Assembly (NCBI GenBank): GCA_963793425.1
Contig: CAWCAG010000005.1
Location: 1,696,001-1,760,000, forward strand
Length of the DNA: 64,000 nucleotides
Source of the DNA: an uncultured cyanobacterium
GTDB taxonomy: Bacteria > Cyanobacteriota > Cyanobacteriia > Cyanobacteriales > CAWCAG01
Reading direction: 5' to 3'
The position numbers were made by a program, and so were the translations under genes. Positions 1-10,744 of the stretch are shown piece by piece. Under the pieces are notes generated by a model. It saw only the letters and a list, made by a program, of their open reading frames with translations. It did not search any database and was not told the DNA's origin. The stretch's first letter is position 1. Every line of letters starts with the position of its first letter.

Positions 1-71
1 CGTATAAAATCGTAGGTAGTCTCAAGAAGTGTTTCTTTCTTACTTGGCAAAAGTAATAACATACAAGTCAA

Positions 72-103
72 ACTTATTACTTATTACTTATTACTTATTA
101 CTT
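72..103. repeat. Heptamer tandem repeat (ACTTATT)4, STRR-like
   Basis: Direct reading of the sequence downstream of rnr. Confidence 0.85.
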
Positions 104-162
104 TTGACCCGGCGCTGTTCCCTGTTCCCCTTTACCCCTCTTGCCTTGCCATTAGCAACTAG

Positions 163-2427
163 CTAATCTTCCAAATCTTCATTACTTGCTTCACTACCAC
201 CACTAACAGTAACTAAATCAATTTGCTGGCGGTAGTAATCGACGCTTTTCACTTGTACCTCAACCCTATCTCCTAAGCGATAGGCAGTGCGGTTTTTGCG
301 CCCTACTAAACAAGAATGACGAGAACGATACTCGTACCAATCATCTTTGAGGGAACTGACGTGAACTAATCCTTCCACAAGTAAGTCTTCAATCTCCACA
401 AAGAAACCATAGGATTGAACTCCAGTGATTAAACCTTGGAAAACTTGACCTGTACGCTCTTTCATTTGTTCAGCTTTCTTCAACCCTTCCAAGTCCTTTT
501 CTGCGTCTTGAGCGAGCTTCTCCCGCTCATTGAGGTGAGGTATGATGGAACTTAGGGTTTCTTCCCAAGTGGTTTGAGTTTGTGCCGGAAGAACATTCCA
601 GTTAATTTGGTCATGGCTATTGCTGCTACCTAAATTAACACCTTCTTTAGAGCGAGTAGAACGGCGATCGCGCCCTTCCTCAAACAGGGTATTTAATAAA
701 CGTTGTATTAACAAGTCTGCATAACGTTTGCCAGGAGAAATGCAGCGAGTATAACCCCCTTCATAGGTTAAGCCGAAGTGAAAAGCTGGTTTGGTGCTAT
801 AAGCTAGAGGTTTTAAGGTTGACTGCAATAGGTAATTGAGGATTTTCCGAGCAGAAGAAGTAGCAAACTGCTGGGTAAAACGTTGATAATCTTGGGGATG
901 AATTTCTTCTTCATCTTCGACATATAAATCCAAGCCTAAGTTGCTACCTAATTTAATTAAGTCTTCCAGTTGCTCTAAGTCTGGTTCGGTTTGATAGCAG
1001 TAAATTGAAGGCAGTTCTAAAGCTTGCAAATGTTGTGCGATCGCTCGGTTAGCCAATACTACTAATTCCGTGAGTAAGGAGCGAATGGGCAAAGAAGAGG
1101 AAACCGCCACGGCTCCCATTCTACCTTCATCTTTGTAAGGTAAAGTATTGTCTTGAGCTTCAATTTCAAAAGCGCCTCTTTGTTGTCTTCTGGCTTTAAC
1201 CACAGGACTCAAGCTGTAGAAGAGTTGTTTAAGCAAATCTTCTACAGGTTTCATTTCTTCATCAACTTCTTCTTGCCCTCCTAAAAGAGACTGCACTTCT
1301 TGGTAGCTGAGTTGATAGTCTACTTTTACTACTGTCTGTTGAATATCAAACTCAACTACTTTCCCTGTTTCATCAATGGTTAAAAATATAGATATGGCAA
1401 GGCGCTCTGAACCTGGGGATAGGGAACAACGACGAATAGCTGTATCAGGAAATAAGGGCAGTACCAAATCTGCTAAATAGATATCTGTACCTCGTTTTTT
1501 CGCCTCTAAATCTAAAGGAGAGCCTTCTTCAATGAAGTAAGCCATATCGGTGATATGAATGCCTAAATACCAATGCCCTGCTTCAGTTTTTTCTAGGGTA
1601 AAGGTGTTTTCTACCAAAGGCTTTTTCTGACGACTGCTGGAGGTGTCTGACTCGGCTTCAATGGAGAGAGTTAGTAACTTTCTTAAATCTTCTCTATCTT
1701 TGCGATGTTGTTGCCGTAGTTGTTTGGGTAATTCTTCTGCGGCTTCGAGTACTTTGTCTGGGAAGCTTTGGGGCAAGTCGTGTTTGCAACAAACTATATC
1801 TGTATCCGCAGCTTCTTCTGCATCGCTACCGAGAATTTTGGTGACTTGACCGACGGGTAAGTTAGAACCTAAAGGGTAACGCTGAACTTCGACATGAACT
1901 AAATGTTCCACCGCTTGATCTAAAAATTCTTCTTCTCCTTTGAGGTTAAGTTCAAATAACAAGCGATCATCTAAAGGTACGGCTCGATAACCCCGTTCGG
2001 TTTTTTTCACCGTTGCTAATAAAGAGGGGTTGGAACGGTCTAAAATCAGCTTGACTTCTCCTTCTGGAGAACGGCGGCGACTACCTTCTTTGATGATTTT
2101 AACTAAAACGCGATCGCTGTTCCAAGCGTTGGAAAGATGACTTTCTCTGATGTATACATCTTCAGATGTTTCTTGATCTTGAATAGCAAAGCAAAATCCT
2201 TTACTCGAACAGCGTAGTTTGGCTTCTACAATATCGTCTTCTTCGAGACGGCGATATTTACCACGCTCTTTAACAAGAACACCAATTCTTTCTAGGGCAT
2301 CTAAAACAATATCAAGTTTTTCTGTACTTTCAGCATCTTCGCAATCTAGCTTTTTCTCGATTGCTTTGCGGGCTACTAATTTATCGTCGCTGAATTGAGA
2401 TAGTAGTGTAGCGATTGAAAATTCCAT
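163..2427 (-). CDS. rnr: Ribonuclease R / RNB family exoribonuclease (cyanobacterial Zam-like)
   Basis: 754 aa; cold-shock domains (KGFCFA), RNB domain (SPGKRYADL), C-terminal S1 domain (GLITGVQSYGFFVE...GLVHVSSL). Confidence 0.9.
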   Translation of the reverse strand: MEFSIATLLSQFSDDKLVARKAIEKKLDCEDAESTEKLDIVLDALERIGVLVKERGKYRRLEEDDIVEAKLRCSSKGFCFAIQDQETSEDVYIRESHLSNAWNSDRVLVKIIKEGSRRRSPEGEVKLILDRSNPSLLATVKKTERGYRAVPLDDRLLFELNLKGEEEFLDQAVEHLVHVEVQRYPLGSNLPVGQVTKILGSDAEEAADTDIVCCKHDLPQSFPDKVLEAAEELPKQLRQQHRKDREDLRKLLTLSIEAESDTSSSRQKKPLVENTFTLEKTEAGHWYLGIHITDMAYFIEEGSPLDLEAKKRGTDIYLADLVLPLFPDTAIRRCSLSPGSERLAISIFLTIDETGKVVEFDIQQTVVKVDYQLSYQEVQSLLGGQEEVDEEMKPVEDLLKQLFYSLSPVVKARRQQRGAFEIEAQDNTLPYKDEGRMGAVAVSSSLPIRSLLTELVVLANRAIAQHLQALELPSIYCYQTEPDLEQLEDLIKLGSNLGLDLYVEDEEEIHPQDYQRFTQQFATSSARKILNYLLQSTLKPLAYSTKPAFHFGLTYEGGYTRCISPGKRYADLLIQRLLNTLFEEGRDRRSTRSKEGVNLGSSNSHDQINWNVLPAQTQTTWEETLSSIIPHLNEREKLAQDAEKDLEGLKKAEQMKERTGQVFQGLITGVQSYGFFVEIEDLLVEGLVHVSSLKDDWYEYRSRHSCLVGRKNRTAYRLGDRVEVQVKSVDYYRQQIDLVTVSGGSEASNEDLED

Positions 2428-3011
2428 TTAGAACAGTCCTTAAATCTTATGGAGCGTTGTGTCAGTTTGTTCTTGCTATAACTTTGCAGGGCAAATAGCA
2501 AGAACGAATGTTTTTAGTTACGAAGAAGACAGAAAATCTGAGTTTAGGGGATAAAGAATTCAAGAACATTGATGAATTATCAAGTTCAAAAGTCATCATT
2601 TCTTGATACTTCCTCTTCTTAACCCCAAACCGGGATTTTTGCTTGTCTCTGCGACGATTGTGTTGCTGAACTCTCTGTATGTAGAGAAATGTAGATGCAA
2701 GATTGGTCAAACCCATTGGAAAGATTGCAGAGTGAATTTTTTGCTCTCGTTGACATCAGTTAGGGAGATTGTCTCACTAGAAACAATTGAGGCTAACTTA
2801 ACACTTTACTTTCTGAAGTGATGGGTTAGCTGGTCTTTTGTCTAGACTAAAGATAACAGATGCGCTGCTTTCTTTGTTTTGTTCAAGCTACTTCGTACTA
2901 AATCGAGTAGATGAGTATTAACTCACAAAGCAGAGGGTTATTTTGAGACAGTCTTTAATTATTCTAGTTTCTCGTTGTCAAATAGCAAATTATTTTTCAT
3001 GGTTCTAGTAA

Positions 3012-6000
3012 TTATTGCCATTCTTCAAAGCGAGTTGACCAGTTTTGCCAAAGGGAAAAGGCTTGTTCTCTGCGTTGCTCAAAGTTAGCAGCAACAGCAA
3101 TTAAAATTATTCCTACGATGATGCCGAAGATCCATTTTAAGAAGGAGTAGGTAAGAGCTAAGATGATTAGTTGGTAGGAAACGGTGATGAGGAAGGTGAT
3201 TGTACCAACCCAGAGGAAAGCCCTGATTTTTAAACCTAAACCTAATAAAGTTACTGTTAAACCCATGATTCCCGGTATGAGTCCGGTTTCTTGATGAAAA
3301 ACGACTGCGACTACGGCAATGAGACTTGTACCAATGAGACGTAGGTGATGGCGTTGGGTTTTTTGGCGATTGAATTGAGCAATATATAAAATTGATAAAC
3401 CAATAACTGTTGCATACCAAAGAGGGTCATTAAGTTGCTGGGTGGTTAACCAACGGGCAATTCCCCAATCAACTAAAATTAGGCTAAGGTAAGTCCAGCT
3501 CAAATTCTGTTGGCGCTTCGCGATCCAACCATAAAAAGCGGCAGCACAAAGTAAGCTACCATAGGATACCTGGAGAAGGTTGGGAATGATGGTTAATAAT
3601 GGTAGAGCGAAGGCAGAATGTAACCAAGGTTGAGTAGGCCATCCCCAGCTTCCCCAAGGTAGCTCATAAAGTAAGGCCGCCACAAGGCAAGCGATGAAGA
3701 CCATCCAGTTATCGAAGATATGAAGTTGCGGCCACAAGACGCGAATAGATAATGCCGTAGCCCCAAGTTCTATTAAACCGCCATAAACCCATGTTTTGGC
3801 TATGTTGCTAGCATTTCTACCTTGTTCTAAAGCATAACCAACCAGACTTAAACTAACACCAACCGCAGCTATTTTGAGATTTGGTGGGGAATTTACGCTG
3901 TAGCTTGCGCCGATAACCATTAAAAAAGTGCCAATAAACCAATGAATGTTGGCGGTGGTTTGAATTTCTTTGACTTCTAAGTTGAAAATATGGGGTTTAT
4001 TTTGTCCCCACCAAGCCAAGAAACGATAACAAAAGGCAATTACCACTGCTACTATGGCTAAGATTGTATAACCGTCTGCGGGGTTTCCTGCTGGTGCTTG
4101 GGAGAGTTGATAAATAACTAATTCGTACCAAGCCAGGGAAATACCAGCTAAGGAAAGGTAAGCAATATATTTCCAACCCTGGCGACGATGGGATACTCCT
4201 ATACCCGTTAAGGCTGCCCCAAGGGTGAGGAAGCCAGTATAGGCGTTGAAGTAGGGTAAGCGTAAGCAAGTACCAATGAGGGCATAGATTAAGGGGGAAG
4301 CAGCGACTGGGAGACTGGGAGAAGATTTTGAGAGGGGGGCTGTGGCAGCTAGGGTGAGTGGGGCGAGGATGATGTTGGCAATGGCTAGGTGTAATGCCGA
4401 ACCATTATTGAGGAGGATGATTTCTGCCATCAATATTTCTACTGCCCAGATGAGACTATAAATGTTAATATCTTTGGCTTGTTGCCAGTAACGCCCGGTG
4501 ATGGCGATCAACATTAAGGCTGCTACAGTGGGATATTGCCAACGGGGTGTGGAGATGGGGGCATAAATAGTTAAGCTATGCACAGTTAAGAGGCTCAAAT
4601 TTAAACCCCAAAGGAAAATTCCCCAACTATCAGCAGCTTTGGCATAGATAGCCGCTAGGTTTCCTTGACGCTGCTGGAGAAAACCCTGCCCTAACCAGAA
4701 AATAATGGTGGCGATCCCACTAGCAAGCAACCAAGTAGGGGGAGATGTAGTGAATTGCCAGAGTATAGTAGCAATGAAGGTGAGGATGAAGCCGAGATGA
4801 ATTATGACAGCGAGGAAAGAACTTAAGTAGCGAGCATTTAAGTACATTAACCCCACAGCAAAGCCTAAGCTAATAATTCTCGTTTCCGGTTGCCAGAAGG
4901 TGAGCAATTGTACCAAAATCAAACTAGCAACACTAAACGAAGCTGCTTGGGTTTGTCGAGGTGGTTGAGTGGTATCAGCGATGAAGGTTAAGGTGAGGGG
5001 AGTGAGCAACCAGATGAGTTGCCAGCGTTGATTAATTTCTAGGGGTAAGGTTGAGGTTAAGAGGATATAGCTGATGCTGGCGAGTAAGAAACCAAAATAC
5101 CAAGCACTTTGCTGATAAATAGAGGCATTGCGGGTTGAGAAAATCCATTCTCCTACCATTAATAACAAGAGAATTAATGCCCAATGTTGTTCGGGAAGGT
5201 TGGGGAAGAAGCTATCAAGGCTAGAAGCTAAAGCTAGCAAGCCGATGAGGTGGGTAAAACAAACTAGATAAGCATTAAGAGTTTGGCGACGTTGGGTAAC
5301 AAAAGCCAGGGTGAAAGTAGAAAGAAGTAAGTTTAGCGATCGCAAATAGGGATTTAAGCAACTAATTAGGGTTAAGGCAATACCTAAAAGTAAGCTTAAA
5401 AAATTGCCAAACCTGGCTACATTGAGTTTGTCTCGGTGATACAACCAATCGCTGAAAGTAGTGAAGAGTATTAGGTAAGGAAACAAGCTGATACTAAGTA
5501 AGGCTTCCGGTGAGGTTTGCAAGGCAGTAAGTTGTAGCAAAGGAGTCACTATGGTTGCTTGCCACAAAGGGGGAACTAATTCCCAAATAAGCAATAATGA
5601 CTGCAAACCAAGAATAAATAAGACTCCTAAGTCTCTACGTTGCCAATAAAGCTGTAAGCGACGACTGAAAAACCAGATACTTAAACCACTTACCAACAAT
5701 GCTTGCCAATATGAAGTTTGTTCAACAGCAACAGACCAACTGAAGAAGAGAAGAATCACCCCTATAACTTGCCAAATCTGCTTTTGGGTGGTGTCAGCCT
5801 GTAAGCCTTCCGTTGCTAACAACCAACCGCAAATTCCCACCGCCAAACCTAAAGTTTCTAGGGGTAACTGTTCAATGAAAATTGCTCTAGCGAGGATAAC
5901 CCCTAAAGCGTAAACTAGTAAGGGGGGAGTGATTGAAGAACGTTGCCAGCGGAAAATAATTGTTGTACCAATGGTTGCCAAATACACCGCTGCCAGGGAA

Positions 6001-6713
6001 AATGTCGGAACTTGCCAACCCCAATGCAACAAACTTAAGCTAAGAAAAGCGACACTTTGCAACTTGCTTGAAGTGTCATGTTGCCAAGCAATACCAACTA
6101 AACCAACAACGGCGATTCCCACTGTGATTAATCCGATGGTATTTTGCCACAAACCAAAACTATCCATAGCCCAAAAGTTGAGGGGAATCAACAGTAAGGC
6201 AATACTTGCTAAAGTTTGGGCAGTTAGTTGTAAATTATCTTGCTGCTTAGCCCAAAAACCCACTATCCAGAAAACGAGAGTGTAGGTAAATAAAACCCCG
6301 TATTGACCCACAGAAGGGAATCTTGACCACTGAGTTGCAGCCAGCACTCCGGAGGACATGACTACTAAAAATACCCCTAAAAAGAGCAACCAACGAACGC
6401 TCAACTCATCTTTAAAAGACTGTCCTAATCTTGAAAAAAAAGGTATCCCAGGCACTCTTGATAATTGTGGTTCTCTCACTCTCCTGGGTTCTGGGGGCGA
6501 AGCAAATTCTGCGACTGCAACAGGTTCAGGTTGAGAAACCGTTACATTACTAGGAGTAGGAAGGCGACAACTGAGATACTCTCTGGCAATTTTATTTACC
6601 TGCAACTCACTAATCAAACCTAAATTCAACCAAACATCCAAACCTTGCAATAACTCTGGTTGAGATGCACCCACAGTTACGGAGATTCTTAAGGAACGGG
6701 AGTTATTGTTCAT
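3012..6713 (-). CDS. Large polytopic membrane protein (DUF2157-like, conserved in cyanobacteria)
   Basis: 1233 aa ORF, hydrophobic helices throughout; ELSVRWLLFLGVFLVV motif. Confidence 0.75.
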   Translation of the reverse strand: MNNNSRSLRISVTVGASQPELLQGLDVWLNLGLISELQVNKIAREYLSCRLPTPSNVTVSQPEPVAVAEFASPPEPRRVREPQLSRVPGIPFFSRLGQSFKDELSVRWLLFLGVFLVVMSSGVLAATQWSRFPSVGQYGVLFTYTLVFWIVGFWAKQQDNLQLTAQTLASIALLLIPLNFWAMDSFGLWQNTIGLITVGIAVVGLVGIAWQHDTSSKLQSVAFLSLSLLHWGWQVPTFSLAAVYLATIGTTIIFRWQRSSITPPLLVYALGVILARAIFIEQLPLETLGLAVGICGWLLATEGLQADTTQKQIWQVIGVILLFFSWSVAVEQTSYWQALLVSGLSIWFFSRRLQLYWQRRDLGVLFILGLQSLLLIWELVPPLWQATIVTPLLQLTALQTSPEALLSISLFPYLILFTTFSDWLYHRDKLNVARFGNFLSLLLGIALTLISCLNPYLRSLNLLLSTFTLAFVTQRRQTLNAYLVCFTHLIGLLALASSLDSFFPNLPEQHWALILLLLMVGEWIFSTRNASIYQQSAWYFGFLLASISYILLTSTLPLEINQRWQLIWLLTPLTLTFIADTTQPPRQTQAASFSVASLILVQLLTFWQPETRIISLGFAVGLMYLNARYLSSFLAVIIHLGFILTFIATILWQFTTSPPTWLLASGIATIIFWLGQGFLQQRQGNLAAIYAKAADSWGIFLWGLNLSLLTVHSLTIYAPISTPRWQYPTVAALMLIAITGRYWQQAKDINIYSLIWAVEILMAEIILLNNGSALHLAIANIILAPLTLAATAPLSKSSPSLPVAASPLIYALIGTCLRLPYFNAYTGFLTLGAALTGIGVSHRRQGWKYIAYLSLAGISLAWYELVIYQLSQAPAGNPADGYTILAIVAVVIAFCYRFLAWWGQNKPHIFNLEVKEIQTTANIHWFIGTFLMVIGASYSVNSPPNLKIAAVGVSLSLVGYALEQGRNASNIAKTWVYGGLIELGATALSIRVLWPQLHIFDNWMVFIACLVAALLYELPWGSWGWPTQPWLHSAFALPLLTIIPNLLQVSYGSLLCAAAFYGWIAKRQQNLSWTYLSLILVDWGIARWLTTQQLNDPLWYATVIGLSILYIAQFNRQKTQRHHLRLIGTSLIAVVAVVFHQETGLIPGIMGLTVTLLGLGLKIRAFLWVGTITFLITVSYQLIILALTYSFLKWIFGIIVGIILIAVAANFEQRREQAFSLWQNWSTRFEEWQ

Positions 6714-6925
6714 TGGTTGCTGGTCATTAGTTATTGATCATCGGTATGATCCTCAAGTTCAAGATAAAGTAGATAGGGTTAACTAAAAACTTTTACTGTG
6801 ACAATTTATCTCCTGGAAAAAAATCTTAAATATTTCAGAATGTCCAGATTTCCAGAGGTAACATAAGCCCTGGCATCTTGCCGTTAAAATAGACATAACT
6901 GTTTTCCTCTCTCACTTCACCAATC

Positions 6926-7612
6926 ATGTCTCTTGCGAAAGAATTAACACCTAGCCAAAATAGTTCCCAAGGGGGCAGTTGTAACGCACACCAACCAGAT
7001 GTTATCTTTCCCCCTGGTGACTTATACAGCAACGAACCCCCCTTGGAAACAGAACTGCATCTACGACAAATAATTCTCTTGTTACAAAGTTTAGAATGGT
7101 TGTGGCGAGATAGAAATGATTTCTATAGCGCAGGTAATCTCACCATTTACTATAGTCCCAACCAGCTTAAGTCAGAAGATTTTCGAGGGCCTGACTTTTT
7201 TGTTGTCTTAGACACAGAAAGGAAAACAAGAAAAAGCTGGGTAGTCTGGGAAGAAAATGGTCAATATCCCCATGTAATCATTGAAATTCTTTCTTCAACC
7301 ACAGCCAATACAGATAAAGGGTTCAAAAAACAACTTTACCAAGATACTTTTCGTACCCATGACTACTTCTGGTTTGACCCCTATAACCTGGAATTTGCAG
7401 GGTTTCATTTACTAGATGGAAAATATCAACCCTTAGAAGCAAACCCTCAAGGACATTTGTGGAGTCAGCAATTAGGTTTGTATTTAGGAGTTCACCAAAA
7501 TCAGTTACGTTTTTTCACTTTCCAAGGAGAGCTAGTTTCAACACCAGAAGAAACAGCAGAACGATTCGCTGCTAAGCTAAGGGAATTAGATATCGATCCT
7601 GATACAATTTAA
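6926..7612 (+). CDS. Uma2 family (PD-(D/E)XK-like) endonuclease
   Basis: 228 aa; EPPLET..H, GPDFFVV, IEILSSTTA..DKG.K motifs. Confidence 0.9.
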   Translation: MSLAKELTPSQNSSQGGSCNAHQPDVIFPPGDLYSNEPPLETELHLRQIILLLQSLEWLWRDRNDFYSAGNLTIYYSPNQLKSEDFRGPDFFVVLDTERKTRKSWVVWEENGQYPHVIIEILSSTTANTDKGFKKQLYQDTFRTHDYFWFDPYNLEFAGFHLLDGKYQPLEANPQGHLWSQQLGLYLGVHQNQLRFFTFQGELVSTPEETAERFAAKLRELDIDPDTI

Positions 7613-7703
7613 AAGAGGCGCGATCGCAGCTCAAGAAATTAATAGGGAAGGACTTTGCTAAACTATAGCTTTGCAACCTAACTAGATTAATCAACCTATG
7701 AGA

Positions 7704-7931
7704 ATGCTCAAACGCAACTCTTTCAATTCACCTCAAATTATGCACCGAGCAGAGGAATTGATGAATGCAGCTTCTAACCGTTACAAAATTACTGTTCAAG
7801 TAGCTAATCGTGCTAAACGTCGCCGTTATGAAGATTTTGAGAATCTTGATGATCCGATGATGAAACCAGTGATTAGAGCCATCATTGAAATGTCTGATGA
7901 ATTGACTCAACCGGAAATTATTGGCGACTAG
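7704..7931 (+). CDS. rpoZ: RNA polymerase omega subunit (Ycf61)
   Basis: [19 protein letters not shown] and [13 protein letters not shown]; alternative start at 7698. Confidence 0.92.
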   Translation: MLKRNSFNSPQIMHRAEELMNAASNRYKITVQVANRAKRRRYEDFENLDDPMMKPVIRAIIEMSDELTQPEIIGD

Positions 7932-7998
7932 GTGACACCGGAGACGGGGAGATGGGGAGATTTTTTATCCTTATTAACTATTTTCTTTAGCAAAAACT

Positions 7999-8574
7999 AT
8001 GGTTAGAAAGCCTCGATTTTTGAGAAATATTGCGGTAGCAACTGGTCTTATCTTCTTTTTGGGAGGAGTAAAAATTGGTGAAATAGGTACAATAGAACCT
8101 GCGATCGCTCAATTTATCTCTCCCCAAGAAGTTGCTCCTTTTGTCTACGAACAGTTAACTGAGTTTCCTTTAGAAAATCAATATATTAGCCTGGAAACAG
8201 GAGAGATTGCGGCTAATCATACCCTGATTCGTCGCCTGCTTAGTTATCACCTCTACATAAAAAACCGCTTGCCCGATTCCCGTTTAGATTGGAAGCTAAC
8301 CATAGCTGACTATTTAGGGGTTCACGATAAAATTGATGAGTCTCGCTATCCTGGCCACAATAGTTTAAGTATTAATCCTTTTGCTCAAGATTTAGCAATC
8401 ATTGACAATTTAGATAGGCAGCAAAGAGAGCAACTAATTAGCGCACTCATTGCTACTTTTACCCCCAAACAAGAGACAGAAACTCCAACTCCTACCTCAC
8501 AACCAACACCAACTTCGACACCTTCTCAAAATCCATCTCTACCTCAACGAGGGAATGCTGACTTACTTAAATAA
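7999..8574 (+). CDS. Conserved cyanobacterial hypothetical secreted protein
   Basis: 191 aa, N-terminal signal-like segment, RLDWKLTIADYLG motif, P/T-rich tail. Confidence 0.75.
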   Translation: MVRKPRFLRNIAVATGLIFFLGGVKIGEIGTIEPAIAQFISPQEVAPFVYEQLTEFPLENQYISLETGEIAANHTLIRRLLSYHLYIKNRLPDSRLDWKLTIADYLGVHDKIDESRYPGHNSLSINPFAQDLAIIDNLDRQQREQLISALIATFTPKQETETPTPTSQPTPTSTPSQNPSLPQRGNADLLK

Positions 8575-8942
8575 TGAGCAATCCCGTGATTAAAAGTGGT
8601 TCTGGTTGGCGCATCGGTTGGAATCCAGAAGCACGAGACTATCAGGGTTTGGTGGCGGGGGAAGATTGGGCTATTGAGTTAACAGAGGCGGAATTAAAAG
8701 ATTTCAGTCGTTTATTAGAACAACTATCCCGAACCATCCTTAAAATAGCAGCAGAATTGATGGCAGAAGAAAGAATCGCTTGCGAAGCAGAAAGCGAATT
8801 ATTATGGATGGAAATCGAAGGATACCCCCATGCTTACAGCCTGCGTTTCATCCTTAATACAGGTCGGCGTTGTGAAGGAAGTTGGCCAGAAACCGTAGTT
8901 CAGGAGTTGTTACCAGCAACTAAAATGCTACAAGTTTTTTAA
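8574..8942 (+). CDS. DUF1818 family protein
   Basis: 122 aa; GSGWRIGWNP...WAIELTEAE; start overlaps the upstream stop (TAATG). Confidence 0.85.
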   Translation: MSNPVIKSGSGWRIGWNPEARDYQGLVAGEDWAIELTEAELKDFSRLLEQLSRTILKIAAELMAEERIACEAESELLWMEIEGYPHAYSLRFILNTGRRCEGSWPETVVQELLPATKMLQVF

Positions 8943-8966
8943 GCCCGAAGATGGGGAGTTTGGGGG

Positions 8967-8998
8967 CTAGGGAGCTGGGGTTCGCGTAAGCGTTGTCG
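8967..8998 (+). repeat. Short dispersed repeat, copy A (31/32 identical to the inverted copy at 31065-31096)
   Basis: CTAGGGAGCTGGGGTTCGCGTAAGCGTTGTCG versus the reverse complement of 31065-31096. Confidence 0.8.
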
Positions 8999-9042
8999 AC
9001 AGCAAATTCTAGAAAAATAAAAGGAATAAATTATGAGGACTT

Positions 9043-9246
9043 ATGATAGAAGATGACGAACCCAAGAAAACCTATCATGTTAAAACAGCAGTAAATAAGA
9101 AAGCCTGTGAAGAGATGGCTAAAAAGTATAACCAGAGGTTAGTTGATGCTGTCGATAATGGCGATCCTATCTTAAGCCAAGACTGTTTGTTTTATGGCTC
9201 TCCTTTTAACTTTCAAGAAGAATGGTATGACAACCAAGAAAATTAA
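9043..9246 (+). CDS. Small hypothetical protein
   Basis: 67 aa ORF with GAGGA SD-like site just upstream of the ATG; overlaps the next ORF. Confidence 0.6.
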   Translation: MIEDDEPKKTYHVKTAVNKKACEEMAKKYNQRLVDAVDNGDPILSQDCLFYGSPFNFQEEWYDNQEN

Positions 9247-9619
9247 GCGTAGCTACCTTTACATCGCACAACCAGAAAACGAGGAAGCACCGCAAACAAG
9301 GCTACCTTTGGGCAATGCTATTAGGCTTTTAGGCTCTAACATAGATTATGATACCAAACCAGACATTCCCCAACCTGGTTATCGCCCAGTAACGATACAA
9401 CAAAACGCTTCATCAGAAAAATCAAGCTGTATTGAAGTTAGTGAAGGAGATTGGCTTGTTGTCAATGTTTGTAAGTTTACTGGTGATGCTGAAGAGGTTT
9501 ATTTTTGCTACTGTCAACACTCTCCTGTTGAGAAAAACTGGAAGCGTGTACCTAGGACTGAAGAATTACTAGTCCAAGGACTCAGCAATCCTGAAGCTGA
9601 CGCGATTTCATTTTCCTAA
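9227..9619 (+). CDS. Hypothetical protein
   Basis: ORF 9194-9619, likely start at ATG 9227; IPQPGYRP...GDW.V...CYCQHSP. Confidence 0.65.
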   Translation: MTTKKIKRSYLYIAQPENEEAPQTRLPLGNAIRLLGSNIDYDTKPDIPQPGYRPVTIQQNASSEKSSCIEVSEGDWLVVNVCKFTGDAEEVYFCYCQHSPVEKNWKRVPRTEELLVQGLSNPEADAISFS

Positions 9620-9745
9620 GAAAGCTTACGCCTAACAGCCAAGACTCTTCAAGTTAATATTAAAAGCTCTTGTCATATACTTTTGTGTAAGAGTGCCTTT
9701 TCACTTGCAAACGCCAATAACTTGCAGCTAAAGCAGTATTACACC

Positions 9746-10555
9746 ATGCAACTTACTTCTCCTGGTCCAGAAATTTTCACAATCGGGCCTATTGTTATTC
9801 GCTGGTACGGCGTACTCATAGCCAGTGCTGTCTTGATTGGGGTAGCCCTTTCTCAATATCTCGCTAAACGTCGCCAGGTTAATCCTGATTTACTAGCTGA
9901 TTTAGCAATTTGGCTTGTGATTGGGGCAATACCCTGTGCCAGACTTTATTATGTTTTATTTCAATGGCCACAATATGCCCAGAATCCTAGAGAAATTTTC
10001 GCTATTTGGCATGGCGGCATTGCCATTCATGGGGCGATTTTGGGAGGAACTCTCGCCGCACTAATTTTTGCCCGCATTAATAAAGTTTCCATTTGGCAAC
10101 TAGCAGATTTGGTTGTACCTTCTCTGGCTTTAGGGCAAGCAATTGGGCGTTGGGGTAACTTCTTTAACTCAGAAGCCTATGGTAGCCCGACAAACTTACC
10201 CTGGAAACTTTATATTCCCCAGGCAGATGGTTATTTCCATCCCACTTTCCTTTATGAGTCGGTTTGGAATCTCGCTGTTTTCGCTTTGCTGATGTATCTT
10301 TTCTTCTGGGGCTTGAGGCATCCTCAAATTTTAAAGCTGGGAACCCTCGCGTTGGTTTATTTAATAGCTTATAGTAGCGGTCGCGTTTGGATTGAGGCAC
10401 TACGATTAGATAGTTTGATGTTGGGGCCTTTGCGAATTGCCCAAGTTGTTAGTTTAATTGCCATTAGCCTTGGTGTAGCTGGTTTAATTTGGCTTTATGG
10501 ATTCAAGCGTCCTCTTCCTGATGTCATTTCTACTCGGCAACAATCTCAGATATGA
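9746..10555 (+). CDS. lgt: Prolipoprotein diacylglyceryl transferase
   Basis: [39 protein letters not shown] motifs; ORF is open from 9683. Confidence 0.97.
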   Translation: MQLTSPGPEIFTIGPIVIRWYGVLIASAVLIGVALSQYLAKRRQVNPDLLADLAIWLVIGAIPCARLYYVLFQWPQYAQNPREIFAIWHGGIAIHGAILGGTLAALIFARINKVSIWQLADLVVPSLALGQAIGRWGNFFNSEAYGSPTNLPWKLYIPQADGYFHPTFLYESVWNLAVFALLMYLFFWGLRHPQILKLGTLALVYLIAYSSGRVWIEALRLDSLMLGPLRIAQVVSLIAISLGVAGLIWLYGFKRPLPDVISTRQQSQI

Positions 10556-10589
10556 ATCCTAGGGATCGCCAGGTTTGAGACGAAGAACC

Positions 10590-10623
10590 AAAAAAAGCTC
10601 TGGAGTTTTCACTTCCAGAGCTT
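10590..10623 (-). terminator. Intrinsic terminator on the minus strand (possible 3' end of a small RNA)
   Basis: 10-bp perfect stem AAGCTCTGGA/TCCAGAGCTT with a T7 tract on the minus strand. Confidence 0.7.
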
Positions 10624-10699
10624 AACCAGGGTGCATCTACCACTTCTTTATTACTTCCCCTTAAGGCTCAAATCCGGAAGATAATTGGCTAGATTATTT

Positions 10700-10744
10700 T
10701 TCCTTGAGGTGATATTATGTATATGGTGGAAAAGGTGCGCTCTT
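10700..10744 (+). promoter_or_regulatory. Dnd-associated conserved element, copy 1 (promoter/operator/leader candidate)
   Basis: 43/45 identical to the reverse complement of 53461-53505; contains an extended -10-like TGaTATTAT; about 90 bp upstream of the helicase. Confidence 0.65.

Noticed and set aside
2462..2821. Two overlapping 72-84 aa ORFs upstream of rnr
   Set aside because: Opposite strands overlap, no recognisable motifs; probably promoter or UTR sequence
10629..10740. Base pairing between the sRNA candidate (UGCACC) and the element (GGUGCG)
   Set aside because: Only about 6 bp including a G-U pair; expected by chance
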